Assembly (NCBI GenBank): GCA_965603825.1
Contig: CBFDEM010000030.1
Location: forward strand, 1-64,000
Origin: Blepharisma stoltei ATCC 30299
Taxonomy: Eukaryota; Protista; Ciliophora
Reading direction: 5' to 3'
Length of the DNA stretch: 64,000 bases
The notes under the pieces were generated by a model. That model made no database searches and was not told the DNA's origin. It saw only the letters and a list, made by a program, of their open reading frames with translations. Shown in pieces: positions 44,921 to 55,985 of this stretch. Made by a program: the position numbers and the translations under genes. Position 1 is the first letter of the stretch. Each line of letters starts with the position of its first letter.

Positions 44921-47470
44921 ATGTCAAACAAAACTACTCAGTATTTCAACCAAGAAAATGTTATCCTTATTGACTGGGTCAATTCTTTAAGCATCCCCTC
45001 ATGCTTGCTGGTGTCAAATTCCAACGATTTAAAAGGCGGCTGTGCTTTGTGTGACATTGCAGCCCAAATTCTGAATAAAATCCCTTTCCAAAATATCTAC
45101 AGAGACCAAGCTTTGCCAGAGCACAAAGCTATTCACAATTTGCGAGTCCTTATCAAAGAAATCAAAGGAATTTTGCCTGAAAGTCTAAGAAATCTGACTG
45201 CGGAGCTGCTTTACCAAGACGATTCCAAAATTTTTGCGCTCTTAAAATGGTTTGTCAGGGTTCTTGACATGCCTTTTTATGATAAGCTTCGTTCCATATT
45301 CAGAAGAATCCAAACCGAAGGACGTGTAATTTTTACCCAGGAATCCGAAATGACTGACCGTCCAAGAATTTCCGAGTCAAACGAACGCATCACAACTCCC
45401 TCCTTATCAACTGTAAAGCCAACCCTGGGAGTAAACAAGCAGCTGATGAGCACATACGAGGATTTAAAAATGAAAAACCTCAATCAAGTGCTAAACAGCA
45501 CTGACGACAGGCCAAACCAAGTTTCAAAAAGACTGTTTGAGCCCTTAGCATATAAAGGGACTAATCTTGTCAGTCTACTCAAAGATCTGCATGTTATAGA
45601 CGCAAATTCGTCTGATGGCGACTTTATGAACCTATGCACAAATGGAGTTTTATTTGGAGACCTAGTAAATGTGCTGGAAGGAAGGGAAGAAAAAGTAAAA
45701 GGAATTAATAGAAAAACAAGAACGCCGACAGATAAAGCTGCTAATATAAGCAAGGCGCTTAAGTATTTAAGAGGAATGTCAAAGATGGACAGCACTTATC
45801 TGTGGAGTGAAAAAGAAATCTTAGCTGGGAATATTGAAGTCATTTTAGGGCTGATTTATCAGATTTTGACGTTCTATAGAAGAATTCCTAGAAATGAGCA
45901 ACAATTGTTGGTGCCGAGAACTCCCAGAGAGCCGAAACATGACTTTGAGCCAATTTTGACAAGAAATAGCGACGTGTTATCATCATCAAAATCGGTGAAA
46001 AAATTAAATAGAGAGTATCCTTCACTGCTTGTGACTCCTACATATGAAAATATTCATACAGCTCCTATCATGATTACTCAAGAAATTATTGATAGGACTA
46101 TTGATTGGCTTGTCTCATTAGAGTTAGGACATCTTATATCAACTCAGAGTAGGGAGTTTACTACTGATAACTTAAGGAATGGGGTGCTATTCTGTGAGCT
46201 TGCTTCGATTATCACAAAGATACCAAATCTGGTTAAATACAAAACTCCCAGGACTCTTGCTGAAGCTAAAGAAAATATTGAAATTGCTTTTAATACCTTA
46301 AGAGAAGTGGCACGAGAAGTCCCAGTTTCATTTTTTTATCAGGCAGAAAACGTTATAAAAGGTGATATTAACGCTATTTGGGGACTTCTCTGCCATTTGA
46401 TGCTGAGTTATCCTAATTTATTGCCTATTTCTCCTAACATAGCTGAGTTGCCTTATTTTCCTCTACAAATTCAAGAATTGGAAGCATCACTTTTAGACTG
46501 GATTATGTCCTTAGGCGTTGTCGACAGAAATAACGCTCCTTCTACTTTCCAAGAGCTTATCCCTGACTTAATTTCTGGCGTCCTCTTATGCGACCTCGTA
46601 AGCCGAATCCTAGAAAAGCCAATAACAGGGATATTCCGTTCCCCCAAAACTGAGCAATTAGCCTTATCCAATATCAAGCGTGCGCTGGCTCCTTTAAGAA
46701 TTGAACGAAGAATGAGCTTAAAGTACGTCTTCAGCGAAGCTGAAATTCTTAAAGGAAATTTAGGGGTAATATTAGGACTCCTAGAGGACCTAAGAAGATT
46801 TTCTGATGGACTTCCTCCACGTAAAAGAGGCACTAACTATCATAGCAACGGCCCTTATCTTGGATCAGCCTTATCCAGGAGTACCTCAGCACAGAAACTC
46901 AACCAAAGCAAGTTGCTGACAAATGTTGAGGATTCTCCTATGGTTTCTCCTATATATAGTCCACGCTTTTACTTGTCTAAAGAAACCGCAGGCTCTCAAT
47001 CACGAAGGCTACTGTCTACAGAAAGGTCAGCTTTGTCTATTTTCAAAAGCTTGAACAGCAGCTCAGAAGAAGCCAAATATCAATGTCCTGAGGGCTTTTC
47101 CTGGCTAGAGCATTTAAATATAAAGCTTCCTGAAAATTTGAACTTAGAAGCAGACAATATACAGGAATTTCGGACTGGCCTTTTCTTATGCGAAATTATA
47201 TCAAAGCTGGAGAGAAACCCTATTGAAGGGATGCATTATAAAGTAAGCAGCCAAGCTGCATGTCGGCATAATATAGCTAAAGCGTTTCAGATTTTGAGGA
47301 CCAAGCCTTCATTTCCAAGCGAGCTTTATTTTTGTGAAGATTTTGTGTACTGCGGAGATGCAAAAACTATTAGAAAAGTGCTAAGGGCGATATACAAAGT
47401 TTATAGGAGAACAATTAGCAACTTCATCAGCTTTAGTAGAAGAAAAAATTCAAAATTAGCTGTTGAATAA
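44921..47470 (+). CDS. Multi-calponin-homology (CH) domain cytoskeletal protein
   Basis: About five repeats of W....L..G..LC.L...NI..AL..L (e.g. DNLRNGVLFCEL, DLISGVLLCDLV, EFRTGLFLCEII). First ATG is 44921. Confidence 0.8.
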   Translation: MSNKTTQYFNQENVILIDWVNSLSIPSCLLVSNSNDLKGGCALCDIAAQILNKIPFQNIYRDQALPEHKAIHNLRVLIKEIKGILPESLRNLTAELLYQDDSKIFALLKWFVRVLDMPFYDKLRSIFRRIQTEGRVIFTQESEMTDRPRISESNERITTPSLSTVKPTLGVNKQLMSTYEDLKMKNLNQVLNSTDDRPNQVSKRLFEPLAYKGTNLVSLLKDLHVIDANSSDGDFMNLCTNGVLFGDLVNVLEGREEKVKGINRKTRTPTDKAANISKALKYLRGMSKMDSTYLWSEKEILAGNIEVILGLIYQILTFYRRIPRNEQQLLVPRTPREPKHDFEPILTRNSDVLSSSKSVKKLNREYPSLLVTPTYENIHTAPIMITQEIIDRTIDWLVSLELGHLISTQSREFTTDNLRNGVLFCELASIITKIPNLVKYKTPRTLAEAKENIEIAFNTLREVAREVPVSFFYQAENVIKGDINAIWGLLCHLMLSYPNLLPISPNIAELPYFPLQIQELEASLLDWIMSLGVVDRNNAPSTFQELIPDLISGVLLCDLVSRILEKPITGIFRSPKTEQLALSNIKRALAPLRIERRMSLKYVFSEAEILKGNLGVILGLLEDLRRFSDGLPPRKRGTNYHSNGPYLGSALSRSTSAQKLNQSKLLTNVEDSPMVSPIYSPRFYLSKETAGSQSRRLLSTERSALSIFKSLNSSSEEAKYQCPEGFSWLEHLNIKLPENLNLEADNIQEFRTGLFLCEIISKLERNPIEGMHYKVSSQAACRHNIAKAFQILRTKPSFPSELYFCEDFVYCGDAKTIRKVLRAIYKVYRRTISNFISFSRRKNSKLAVE

Positions 47471-47493
47471 TTTATTTAAGAATATACATTAAT

Positions 47494-47841
47494 TTAGTCG
47501 AATTTAAACTCTTCTGTTTCTCCCCAGCTGCCGAAATCTGCTTCTTCCATATCAAACCTAGTTCCTCTTTTAGGATTGTTTTCAGGTTGCTTGCTAGTCA
47601 TGACCACATAGTCCACTTTTTTAGGAGCTGTATAGGTCGGCTCAATTTCTTTTAACAATTCGTCCACATCCGATTCTTTTTTGTTCGGCTTCTTTTCTAT
47701 AGGCTTAGGAGCCTCGCTCGGCATTTGTGATGAATCTAGCTGTGAAGGCCTTTCTACCTCAACCAGTGTAGGCTCATTAGAAGGTGTGGGTGGGTAGCAT
47801 CTTGAGAGAATGAATTTTTCAAGAAAAGTGAAGCAGCTCAT
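47494..47841 (-). CDS. Small hypothetical protein (115 aa)
   Basis: Clean ATG-TAA ORF between neighbouring genes with coding-like composition. Confidence 0.7.
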   Translation of the reverse strand: MSCFTFLEKFILSRCYPPTPSNEPTLVEVERPSQLDSSQMPSEAPKPIEKKPNKKESDVDELLKEIEPTYTAPKKVDYVVMTSKQPENNPKRGTRFDMEEADFGSWGETEEFKFD

Positions 47842-47904
47842 TTATTTAATATTGTCAATTTGAATCTATTAGATTATGTATATACATACTCTTACGATTT
47901 TTTT

Positions 47905-48441
47905 CTAAACATTTGATGCCACCCCTTCTTTGACCATTCCCTGGTCATTTTTGATGGTATCAGCCGTCAGTTCATTCTGGCTTAGGCCGAAATGACTGAT
48001 GAGCGTGGTCGAGTAGCTATTAAACTCTGCATCAGAAACAAAAAGCTCGAACTCAATCATCATCAAAAATTGGTGTTCAAGCATGTTCATTTCTGAACAA
48101 GGAATTCCTCCGACCTTGGCGTAATAAGAGTTTTTGTAAAATGTGTCCTCTGCAAACTTGGCTGAGACCATGACTGATGTTAGTATCAGTCTATGGATGC
48201 AAAGGGTGTTAATGGTGAAGCTTCTGTGTTTGGAGGTAATTCGATCTATATAAATAAGGGCGAGAATATAGCATTCTTCGGAACATTTCATATATTGCTT
48301 GAGTCGGCTGAGGTAGCTGCTGATTGAAATGTTAGGGACTTTTTTTGAAAAAAATAGTGAGGAAGTCTTGGGGGAGTTATTGATAGCTGTTTGTTCAAGG
48401 TAGGTTTCCAGCATACATGTCACAGCTTCTATGATGGACAT
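47905..48441 (-). CDS. PHO80/U-type cyclin
   Basis: FFSKKVPNISISSYLSRL..CSEECYILALIYIDR..HRLILTSVMVSAKFAED.FYKNSYYAKVGGI..EMNMLE. Confidence 0.92.
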   Translation of the reverse strand: MSIIEAVTCMLETYLEQTAINNSPKTSSLFFSKKVPNISISSYLSRLKQYMKCSEECYILALIYIDRITSKHRSFTINTLCIHRLILTSVMVSAKFAEDTFYKNSYYAKVGGIPCSEMNMLEHQFLMMIEFELFVSDAEFNSYSTTLISHFGLSQNELTADTIKNDQGMVKEGVASNV

Positions 48442-48673
48442 TTTTAAAATTTGTAAAAACAAAGAGGATAAGCAATTTAGGCCTGGAAAATAGAAGTTTT
48501 TATAGATTTTAATATATAGAAATTATTTAAACAACTTTTATAAGCAAAAAGTAATTTATTGGCAGTTTTTAATTAGGCGTCAGCTTATAATAAAATTGAT
48601 AATTTTCAAATTAAATTTTAAAAAAATAGATATGATAAAATTATTTAATTTTTAATTTTTCTATAATTTTTAA

Positions 48674-49150
48674 ATGATGGAAGTTTATACTAAATTCAAG
48701 GGTTACTTTTGCATCTTCCCAATACCCGATAGATTTGAAGAACTTTACCAGATGATTATCAATAGCTATCAATTAGAGTCTGGGAAATTTGAGATTCATT
48801 ATGAAGACGATGATTTAGGAGAAATCTCTATAGATAGTGACAGGGCATATGAGAAAGCATTATACCAATGCACTGGACAAGGAATTTACTTAATTATTAA
48901 AGAGCAATTTCCCCCAAATCGGCTTTCAGCCCAATTTAATCCTACTTCTCCTCTTACTCTTCCTCCTCCTCTAATAATTAAGCCTAAATGTATATGCCCA
49001 ACTGAAAAATCAATTTCAAACAAAAATTGAAGGTGCGAAACCTGTTTCTCACTAAACAGCTATAAATTCGCAAAATGCCCAATATGTGGAAGATCAAGAA
49101 ATCTTAAAGATTTGTTATGTCCTCAATGCAACAATTATTATGCAATATAG
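48674..49150 (+). CDS. PB1-like domain + RanBP2-type zinc finger protein (short paralog)
   Basis: IHYEDDDLGEISIDSD (PB1 acidic OPCA motif); KCIC..W[TGA]RCETCFSLN..KCPIC..CPQC; TAG at 49148-49150. Confidence 0.8.
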
Positions 49151-49492
49151 CCAGCTGAAGCATTATTTAATTATATCTGTTTTCCTGACAAGTTTTTACT
49201 AGCTTATTTCGACTAAAATTTAATATTTAATGATAATTTTAACAATATAGCCCTCCAGCCAGATATCAGACTGCCATCTAGCTAAAGTCACCGTGTGGCA
49301 TGCTATCATAAAATATAAGTATAAGGAAAGAGCTAACACTTAATGTAAGATCAAAAAAATTGAAGAGCCAATTCGCTAATAATCTCTAGGAAACTTATGC
49401 CTGGAAAATAAAAGTACAAAACAATTCAGAGGCATTGACCTTATATCATAAATTTATGCATGCTAGTCCTAATTCTATAATATTAAACTAAA

Positions 49493-50962
49493 ATGGAGCA
49501 TTTTGACTATAAAGGGATGGAAGTTTATACCAAATTCGAGAGTTATAGCCAATGTATTGAACCAATACCAAAAAGCTTTGATGAACTTTGTCAGAGTATT
49601 ATGCGCTGCTATCGATTAGAGTCTGAAAAATTCGAGATTCATTATGAAGACGACAAATTGGGAGAAATTGCTATAGATAGTGACAGTGCATATGTGAATG
49701 CATGATACCAATGCACTGGGCAAGGAATTTACCTTATTATGAATAAAAAATCTGCTTCTCCAGGCATTCCGATGAACAGAGAATCTATGCCACCATCTAT
49801 TTCAATGAACAGAGGACCTATGCCACAATGTATTCCAAATAATGGTGGAATCCCACCTATAAATCCCAACAACTTAGCTCAGCCTTATCAGCAAGCTAGA
49901 AATCCTAATGTGATAAGCCCAACAACTTTGCTCCCAAACATTTCGCCTTATCAGCCTATAAATAATTTCGGTGATCCTTCAAGAAGCGTGCAAGTAAATG
50001 GCCCTTATAAGCCAGCACAAAACCCTCCCCAATTTGCAAATCAAAATAACATGCCCCAATTTCCGCCTCAAAATAACTTTGGTCCTTCTCAATTTCAACC
50101 AGCGAGCCCTGTGCATCCTACTAAATTTATGAATTCTCCTGATATATCTATTCCTTTAAATCAGTCCCAAAATAACCTTAGAAATCCTACAAATAGTACT
50201 CCTCCCATTCATCCTCCTTCAGTTCAGCCTCCTTCAATTCAGCCTCATCTAGTTAAGCCTCCTCAGCTTCAGCCTCCTCAGTTTCAGCAGCCTCCTTTTC
50301 AGCAACCACCTTTTCAGCAACCTCCTTTTCAGCAACCTCCTTTTCAGCCACCTCCTAATTTTGCAAATAGCCAACAAACCCTGCCTGCTTCGCCACTTAT
50401 AAAAAATCAAGCAGGAAGTCCAGGAGGGCCATTTCAAGCTAACAAAAATCAAGGAATTTCTTTCCCTCAGGGACATTCTGCGAATCAAAGTTTAAATTTG
50501 CCTAGCAGAAACTCTTTCGATCAAACTATCCCTAATCCTAGATTTATACCTCCGCCACCTAGATTTCCCAATTTTTGCCCTTCAAATGATACCTCATTTC
50601 ATCCGAGACCTCCTCCAAACTCAGGATTATTCTCTCAAAGTGATTCTCAGCCAAACCAAGGATTTTCCCCAAATCAGTTATCCCATCCTTCATCATTTCA
50701 ACATCCAAACGTCAATATTCAGCAAACGCTCCCATCAGGAAGAAATCACAATCAAAATATTAATTCTAGTGGGACCCAAAGTTTGCAAATAAAAGTTAAA
50801 TGCATATGTGGAGCTGATAAGGTGTTTCCAAAAAAGAAGTGGAGGTGTGATCGCTGTGCTTCGCTGAATGATTCTTCAGATAAAATGTGCCCTATATGTC
50901 ATTTAATTAGAGGTGATATGGAATCAAGTTGCCCTAACTGCCACGCCAGCTATAAAGTATAA
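49493..50962 (+). CDS. PB1-like domain + Pro/Gln/Asn-rich region + RanBP2-type zinc finger protein (long paralog)
   Basis: N-terminal domain closely similar to that of 48674; read through TGA 49703; ~350-aa low-complexity region with QQPPF repeats; KCIC..WRCDRCASLN..CPIC..CPNC. Confidence 0.82.
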
Positions 50963-51046
50963 GAAGCATTATTTTAATAGTAAATTCTGTTTCTCTATAA
51001 ATTTTGCTTATTTTAGAGTAAAATTTAATATTTATTAAAACAAAAA

Positions 51047-51406
51047 ATGAACGTCCCTCCTCAACTTCAGCAGCAGATGTTCGAGCTCTCTACCCAGCTC
51101 TCAGAAACTGTGAACCAGCTAAAAGTAACTGAAGCCAATGCATTTGCCCTGGAAAATGAAAGGAGAAGACAAGAGCTTACACTTAATGAAATTTCAGGAC
51201 AAAATGAAGAAGCACTTCTTTATAAGCCTGTGGGGAAACTTTATATCAGAAAATCAAAGAACGAAATGGTCGTAGATTTGACGAATAAAATAAGAAGAAC
51301 TGAGGTTGAGCTAGAAGAAGCCAGAAGGAAGCTGGAAACTCTTTCCAAAAAGCGAGATGAGGTAAGCACAAATATTCAAGAATTAGTAGCATCAGTTAGC
51401 TCTTAA
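51047..51406 (+). CDS. PFDN1: Prefoldin beta-type subunit (subunit 1-like)
   Basis: Coiled coil - ELTLNEI...LYKPVGKLYI hairpin - coiled coil; 119 aa. Confidence 0.75.
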   Translation: MNVPPQLQQQMFELSTQLSETVNQLKVTEANAFALENERRRQELTLNEISGQNEEALLYKPVGKLYIRKSKNEMVVDLTNKIRRTEVELEEARRKLETLSKKRDEVSTNIQELVASVSS

Positions 51407-51739
51407 ACTTAACTATTTATGAGTATAGAACTACTTATCGATAAATTGCTTTTATTGATTTTTTCTAATGTCAAAATTTTTAATTTAGTCTGTATGGTTT
51501 CTATCTGAAATAGGCTTATGCTGCAGGCTGATATTTGCAAAGACTTTAGGGTGTATTATAGAATATGATTGTTTGATTTCTATTTAAATTAATAAAAAAA
51601 TTGATTATTGAGAGCTGATGGATACTTTTATTATAAATTTAAGCTTACTAGCACTAATGAGATAATAAACCATAAAAACTTAGGCTAAATCTCTATGTTT
51701 ATAGCTTAGCTCTCTTTCTCTATATAATTAGTGGTAAAT

Positions 51740-52378
51740 ATGGGACGTAGACCTGCAAGATGCTATAGGTACTTATCAAACAAGCCTTATCCTAAGTCCA
51801 GATACTGCAGAGGTGTCCCTGATCCAAGAATCAGAATTTACGACAACGGCTTCAAAAAGGCTGATTGCGAGTTCTTCCCTAAGTGCATTCATCTCGTTTC
51901 AGATGAAAACGAAAATCTTTCCTCAGAAGCTCTCGAAGCAGCCCGTATTACAGCCAACAAATACCTTTTGAAGAAGACTGGCAAAGAAGGCTTCCACCTC
52001 AGAATCAGATGTCACCCATGGCACGTCTTGAGAATCAACAAAATGCTTTCCTGTGCCGGAGCTGATAGACTCCAAATGGGAATGAGAGGTGCCTTCGGCA
52101 AGCCAACTGGAAAGGTTGCAAGAGTCAGGATAGGAGACGTCATCATGTCAGTCAGAGTCAAGGACAGAGATGTGGAAAATGCCAATGAAGCCTTAAACAG
52201 GGCCAGATATAAGTTCCCAGGCAGACAAAGAATCATTGAAAGCGACAAATGGGGCTTCACCAAGCATACAGTTGAGAAGTACGAACAGCTTAGAGCAGAA
52301 GGCAGACTTGTGCCAGATGGAATCAACGTCAAAGAAATCACCCAACATGGACCTTTGGCAAGATTAAACATCTTCTAA
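51740..52378 (+). CDS. RPL10: 60S ribosomal protein L10 (uL16)
   Basis: [50 protein letters not shown]. Confidence 0.98.
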   Translation: MGRRPARCYRYLSNKPYPKSRYCRGVPDPRIRIYDNGFKKADCEFFPKCIHLVSDENENLSSEALEAARITANKYLLKKTGKEGFHLRIRCHPWHVLRINKMLSCAGADRLQMGMRGAFGKPTGKVARVRIGDVIMSVRVKDRDVENANEALNRARYKFPGRQRIIESDKWGFTKHTVEKYEQLRAEGRLVPDGINVKEITQHGPLARLNIF

Positions 52379-52739
52379 GCTTAATAGTTAGATTTTTATA
52401 TAATTCAAGCTCCTATTTTTGCATTCGGTGATGATTAGCAGTGAACTAGAATTTTAAATAAAATAAAAATGGCTTTATAGGTCTTTTTTAAGTCAAAAGG
52501 TGTCGGTTATTATTCTTTTATTTGGGTTGGATTACATTTTTAGGGAAAAGGTAATTCACTCACAGAGGTGATTGTTTAAATATAATATAATATTGTATAA
52601 ACAAGCACTTTTAGTTTGAACTATTTATCCTGTTTTTCAAAGCTAGAGGTAAAAAATAATGTTATTATTCTAATTATAAATATCGATATATACGTCTATT
52701 CGATTCTGACTAGATATTAAAAATCTTGATTGGATAAAA

Positions 52740-54194
52740 ATGGGTTGCTGCAACTCAAAAGTTGACTCTCCAGAGAAAAAGCCAAACCCAAGTCTTCCTC
52801 TTCCCAAGGCTAAAAAAAGCTTTAGTAAAGCTGACTTCGTTTCTCAAAAGAAAGGCTCAGCCGAAGAATATTATACAGTCTTGAAAAAGTTAGGAAGCGG
52901 AGGCTTTGGGACAGTTTATCAAGTTATAGATAAGCGGACAGGCATAGAAAGAGCCATGAAAGAGCTGCCGAGATCTAAAATGACTCAAGAAGCAAGTGTC
53001 CAGATGCTTTCTGAGGTCGAAATTTTACGTAACTTAGACCATCCTAATATCATGAAAGTTTATGAGCTTATCGAGTCAAAAAAAAGTTATTTCATTATAA
53101 CTGAGTTTTTAACTGGCGGCGATTTGTTTGATAAAATTGTGAAAAAGCAAAACTTAAGTGAAAAAATCGCAGCTGAATATGCATATGGGTTTATGAGTGC
53201 TATTAATTATTGCCATAAAAATGGTATTGCCCATAGAGATTTAAAGCCTGAAAATCTGCTGCTTGAAAGCACAGAGCCAAATGCCAAAGTAAAAGTTATT
53301 GACTTTGGAATTTCTCAAAAAATCCAACCAAACCATAAGCTTAGACAAGCTGTTGGGACAATTTTTTATATGGCGCCTGAGACTTTTGTAGGGTCTTATG
53401 ACGAAAAATGCGATATATGGAGTGCTGGAGTTATTTTGTATATGATGCTTTGTGGGTCTCCACCGTTTTATGCTGAAAAAACTGAAGATATGCTTCAAAT
53501 TATTAATAACGGCAATTTAGAATTCAAAGAGCCAGCTTGAAAATCAATATCAGAGAACGCCAAAGACTTAATCAGAAATATGTTATCTGTAGATCCAGCA
53601 CCAAGATATAGCGCTGAACATGTATTAAACCACGCTTGGTTTAAAAGCTACATCAGCGATGAGCTTCCTCAGACTAAACTCAGCATTGAAGCTTTAGGAA
53701 ACCTCAGCAAATTCCATGCCCAAGGCAAACTTGAAAAATCCATTATGACCTTCATAAGCTCACAAATAACTAGTATCCAAGAAGACCGAGAATTTGCAGA
53801 TTTATTCAGTAAGATGGACAAAAATAAGGACGGAAAACTGAGCCAAAGGGAAATTTTTGATGGTTATAAAGAGCTAGGGATCACAACACCGCCTGGAATA
53901 TCAGAAATTTTGAAGAAAATCGATAGTGATGGAAGCGGTTTTTTAGATTATACTGAATTTGTGACAGCTTCTAAGGACTGGAAGAAAGCTTTTGAGAAAA
54001 ATGAGCTTGAAAGTGCCTTTAAAATCTATGACCAAGGAGGAGATGGCAAACTATCACTTAAAGAGCTTAAAGATAGTATCCCTGATATAGAAGAGTCTGA
54101 GTGGGGAAAATTTTTAGCTGAAGCTGATGAGAATGGGGATGGGCTGATTGGCTTTGAAGAGCTAAAAAGCTATTTAATGCAAAAAGCAGCTTAA
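52740..54194 (+). CDS. Calcium-dependent protein kinase (kinase + 4 EF-hands), N-acylation motif
   Basis: MGCCNS, LGSGGFG, HRDLKPEN, IDFG, EPAW[TGA]KSISENAKDLI; EF-hands DKNKDGKLS, DSDGSGFLD, DQGGDGKLS, DENGDGLIG. Confidence 0.94.
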
Positions 54195-54603
54195 GAGCCG
54201 CTTTAGCATAATTTAGATAAATATCATTAAAGGTGAAAATTTATATAGTTTATTTTTTCCGATATCTTCTGAAATAAAAAATATAATTGTTTATTACTTT
54301 TAAAAATACTATTAATCTCATTCTTCTTCTTTTATTGCTATTTTTATCAAAGTTATTTAAATACATAAGAGAAAATAATTTTTAATTTTTTAAAAATTCA
54401 AATAAATGCCCTTGTTTTCAATAAACCCTCTTGTTCTTATTAAATATCCTCCCACTTTTCCTATTCCTGCTTTAAAAGCTAAGTGTGAACTTTTTTAAGT
54501 TTCAACTAAAATAAAACTTTTCACATTTTTAAATCCCTGCAATCTGATTGGCTGATTTTCAATATAAATAGGGCGGGTCTGATATTGACTTAAAAAATAT
54601 AGA

Positions 54604-55953
54604 ATGGGAAAAGATAAAATACATGTAAACATTGTAGTTATAGGACATGTCGACTCAGGCAAGTCCACCACTTGTGGCCATCTTATCTACAAGTGTGGTG
54701 GGATTGACAAAAGAACAATTGAAAAATACGAAAAAGAAGCATCCGAAATGGGAAGAGGATCATTTAAATATGCATGGGTGCTTGACAAGCTTAAAGATGA
54801 AAGAGAGCGTGGGATTACAATTGATATTTCCTTGTTTAAATTCCAAACTGACAAGTTTTACTTTACTATTATTGATGCTCCAGGACATAGGGATTTTATC
54901 AAAAATATGATTACAGGCACCACACAAGCTGATATTGCTTTACTAGTCATCGCAGCTGGCAAAGGTGAATTTGAAGCTGGGTACTCAAAAAATGGCCAAA
55001 CAAGAGAGCACGCCTTATTAGCTTACACCCTTGGAGTCAGACAAATGATAGTAGCTGTCAATAAAATGGATGACAGATCAGTAGAATGGTCTGCCATCCG
55101 CTATAATGAAATCAAAGACGAAGTAAGCACTTATCTAAAAAAGGTTGGTTACAACCCTGCTAAAATTCCATTTATCCCTATTTCAGGATGGCTCGGTGAC
55201 AATATGATAGAGCCTTCAGCCAATATGCCATGGTATGCTGGCCCAACCTTAATTGGAGCTCTTGACAATGTAATTCCTCCAAAAAGACCATTTGATAAGC
55301 CTCTTAGACTCCCAGTTCAAGATGTATATAAAATATCAGGAATTGGTACAGTCCCGGTTGGCAGAGTTGAAACTGGAGTTTTAACCCCTGGGACTTTCAT
55401 TACTTTTGCTCCTTCAGGAATCCAAACTGAAGTGAAGTCTATAGAAACGCATCATGAAGAACTGCAGAGGGCTGAGCCTGGAGATAGTATAGGGTTCAGT
55501 ATAAAGAATGTCGCTTTTAATTTGATTAAGAGAGGATACGTAGCTTCTGATAGCAATAATGATCCTGCTAGGGAAGCCTCTGATTTTACTGCTCAAGTGA
55601 TTATTATGAACCATCCTGGACAAATAGCGGCTGGCTATACTCCAGTCCTAGACTGTCACACTTCACATATTGCATGCAGATTCCAAGAACTAAAGCAAAA
55701 AGTCGACAGAAGGTCTGCAGCTGTTTTAGAAGAAGAGCCTAAGTTTCTCAAGACTGGAGACTCCGCCATTGTAAATATGATACCTACCAAGCCTATGTGC
55801 GTTGAGGCTTTTACTGAATACCCACCATTGGGAAGATTTGCAGTCAGAGATATGAGACAAACTGTGGCGGTCGGAGTTATTAAATCAGTTAATAAGCTTC
55901 ATCCAGGACAGCTTAGAGCTGCTATTGGAAAGAAAGGCCAAAAAAAGAAGTAG
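54604..55953 (+). CDS. EEF1A: Translation elongation factor 1-alpha (somewhat divergent copy)
   Basis: [60 protein letters not shown]. Confidence 0.96.
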   Translation: MGKDKIHVNIVVIGHVDSGKSTTCGHLIYKCGGIDKRTIEKYEKEASEMGRGSFKYAWVLDKLKDERERGITIDISLFKFQTDKFYFTIIDAPGHRDFIKNMITGTTQADIALLVIAAGKGEFEAGYSKNGQTREHALLAYTLGVRQMIVAVNKMDDRSVEWSAIRYNEIKDEVSTYLKKVGYNPAKIPFIPISGWLGDNMIEPSANMPWYAGPTLIGALDNVIPPKRPFDKPLRLPVQDVYKISGIGTVPVGRVETGVLTPGTFITFAPSGIQTEVKSIETHHEELQRAEPGDSIGFSIKNVAFNLIKRGYVASDSNNDPAREASDFTAQVIIMNHPGQIAAGYTPVLDCHTSHIACRFQELKQKVDRRSAAVLEEEPKFLKTGDSAIVNMIPTKPMCVEAFTEYPPLGRFAVRDMRQTVAVGVIKSVNKLHPGQLRAAIGKKGQKKK

Positions 55954-55985
55954 ATAATTAACTTCATTATTATAAATTATACATA

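Noticed and set aside
51547-51555. Internal telomere-like 9-mer TTAGGGTGT
   Set aside because: Barely more than one repeat unit; expected by chance in 64 kb.
36664-52378. Functional clustering of the SQT1-like chaperone with its client RPL10 (and of Rab GDI with Yip1)
   Set aside because: The genes are separated by unrelated genes and nothing in the sequence indicates co-regulation; chance is sufficient.
52428-52434. C-box (GTGATGA) of a C/D snoRNA downstream of RPL10
   Set aside because: No CTGA D-box or terminal stem at a suitable distance.
54604-55953. Sec-specific elongation factor eEFSec
   Set aside because: Length and motifs are those of canonical EF1A; there is no C-terminal domain IV extension.
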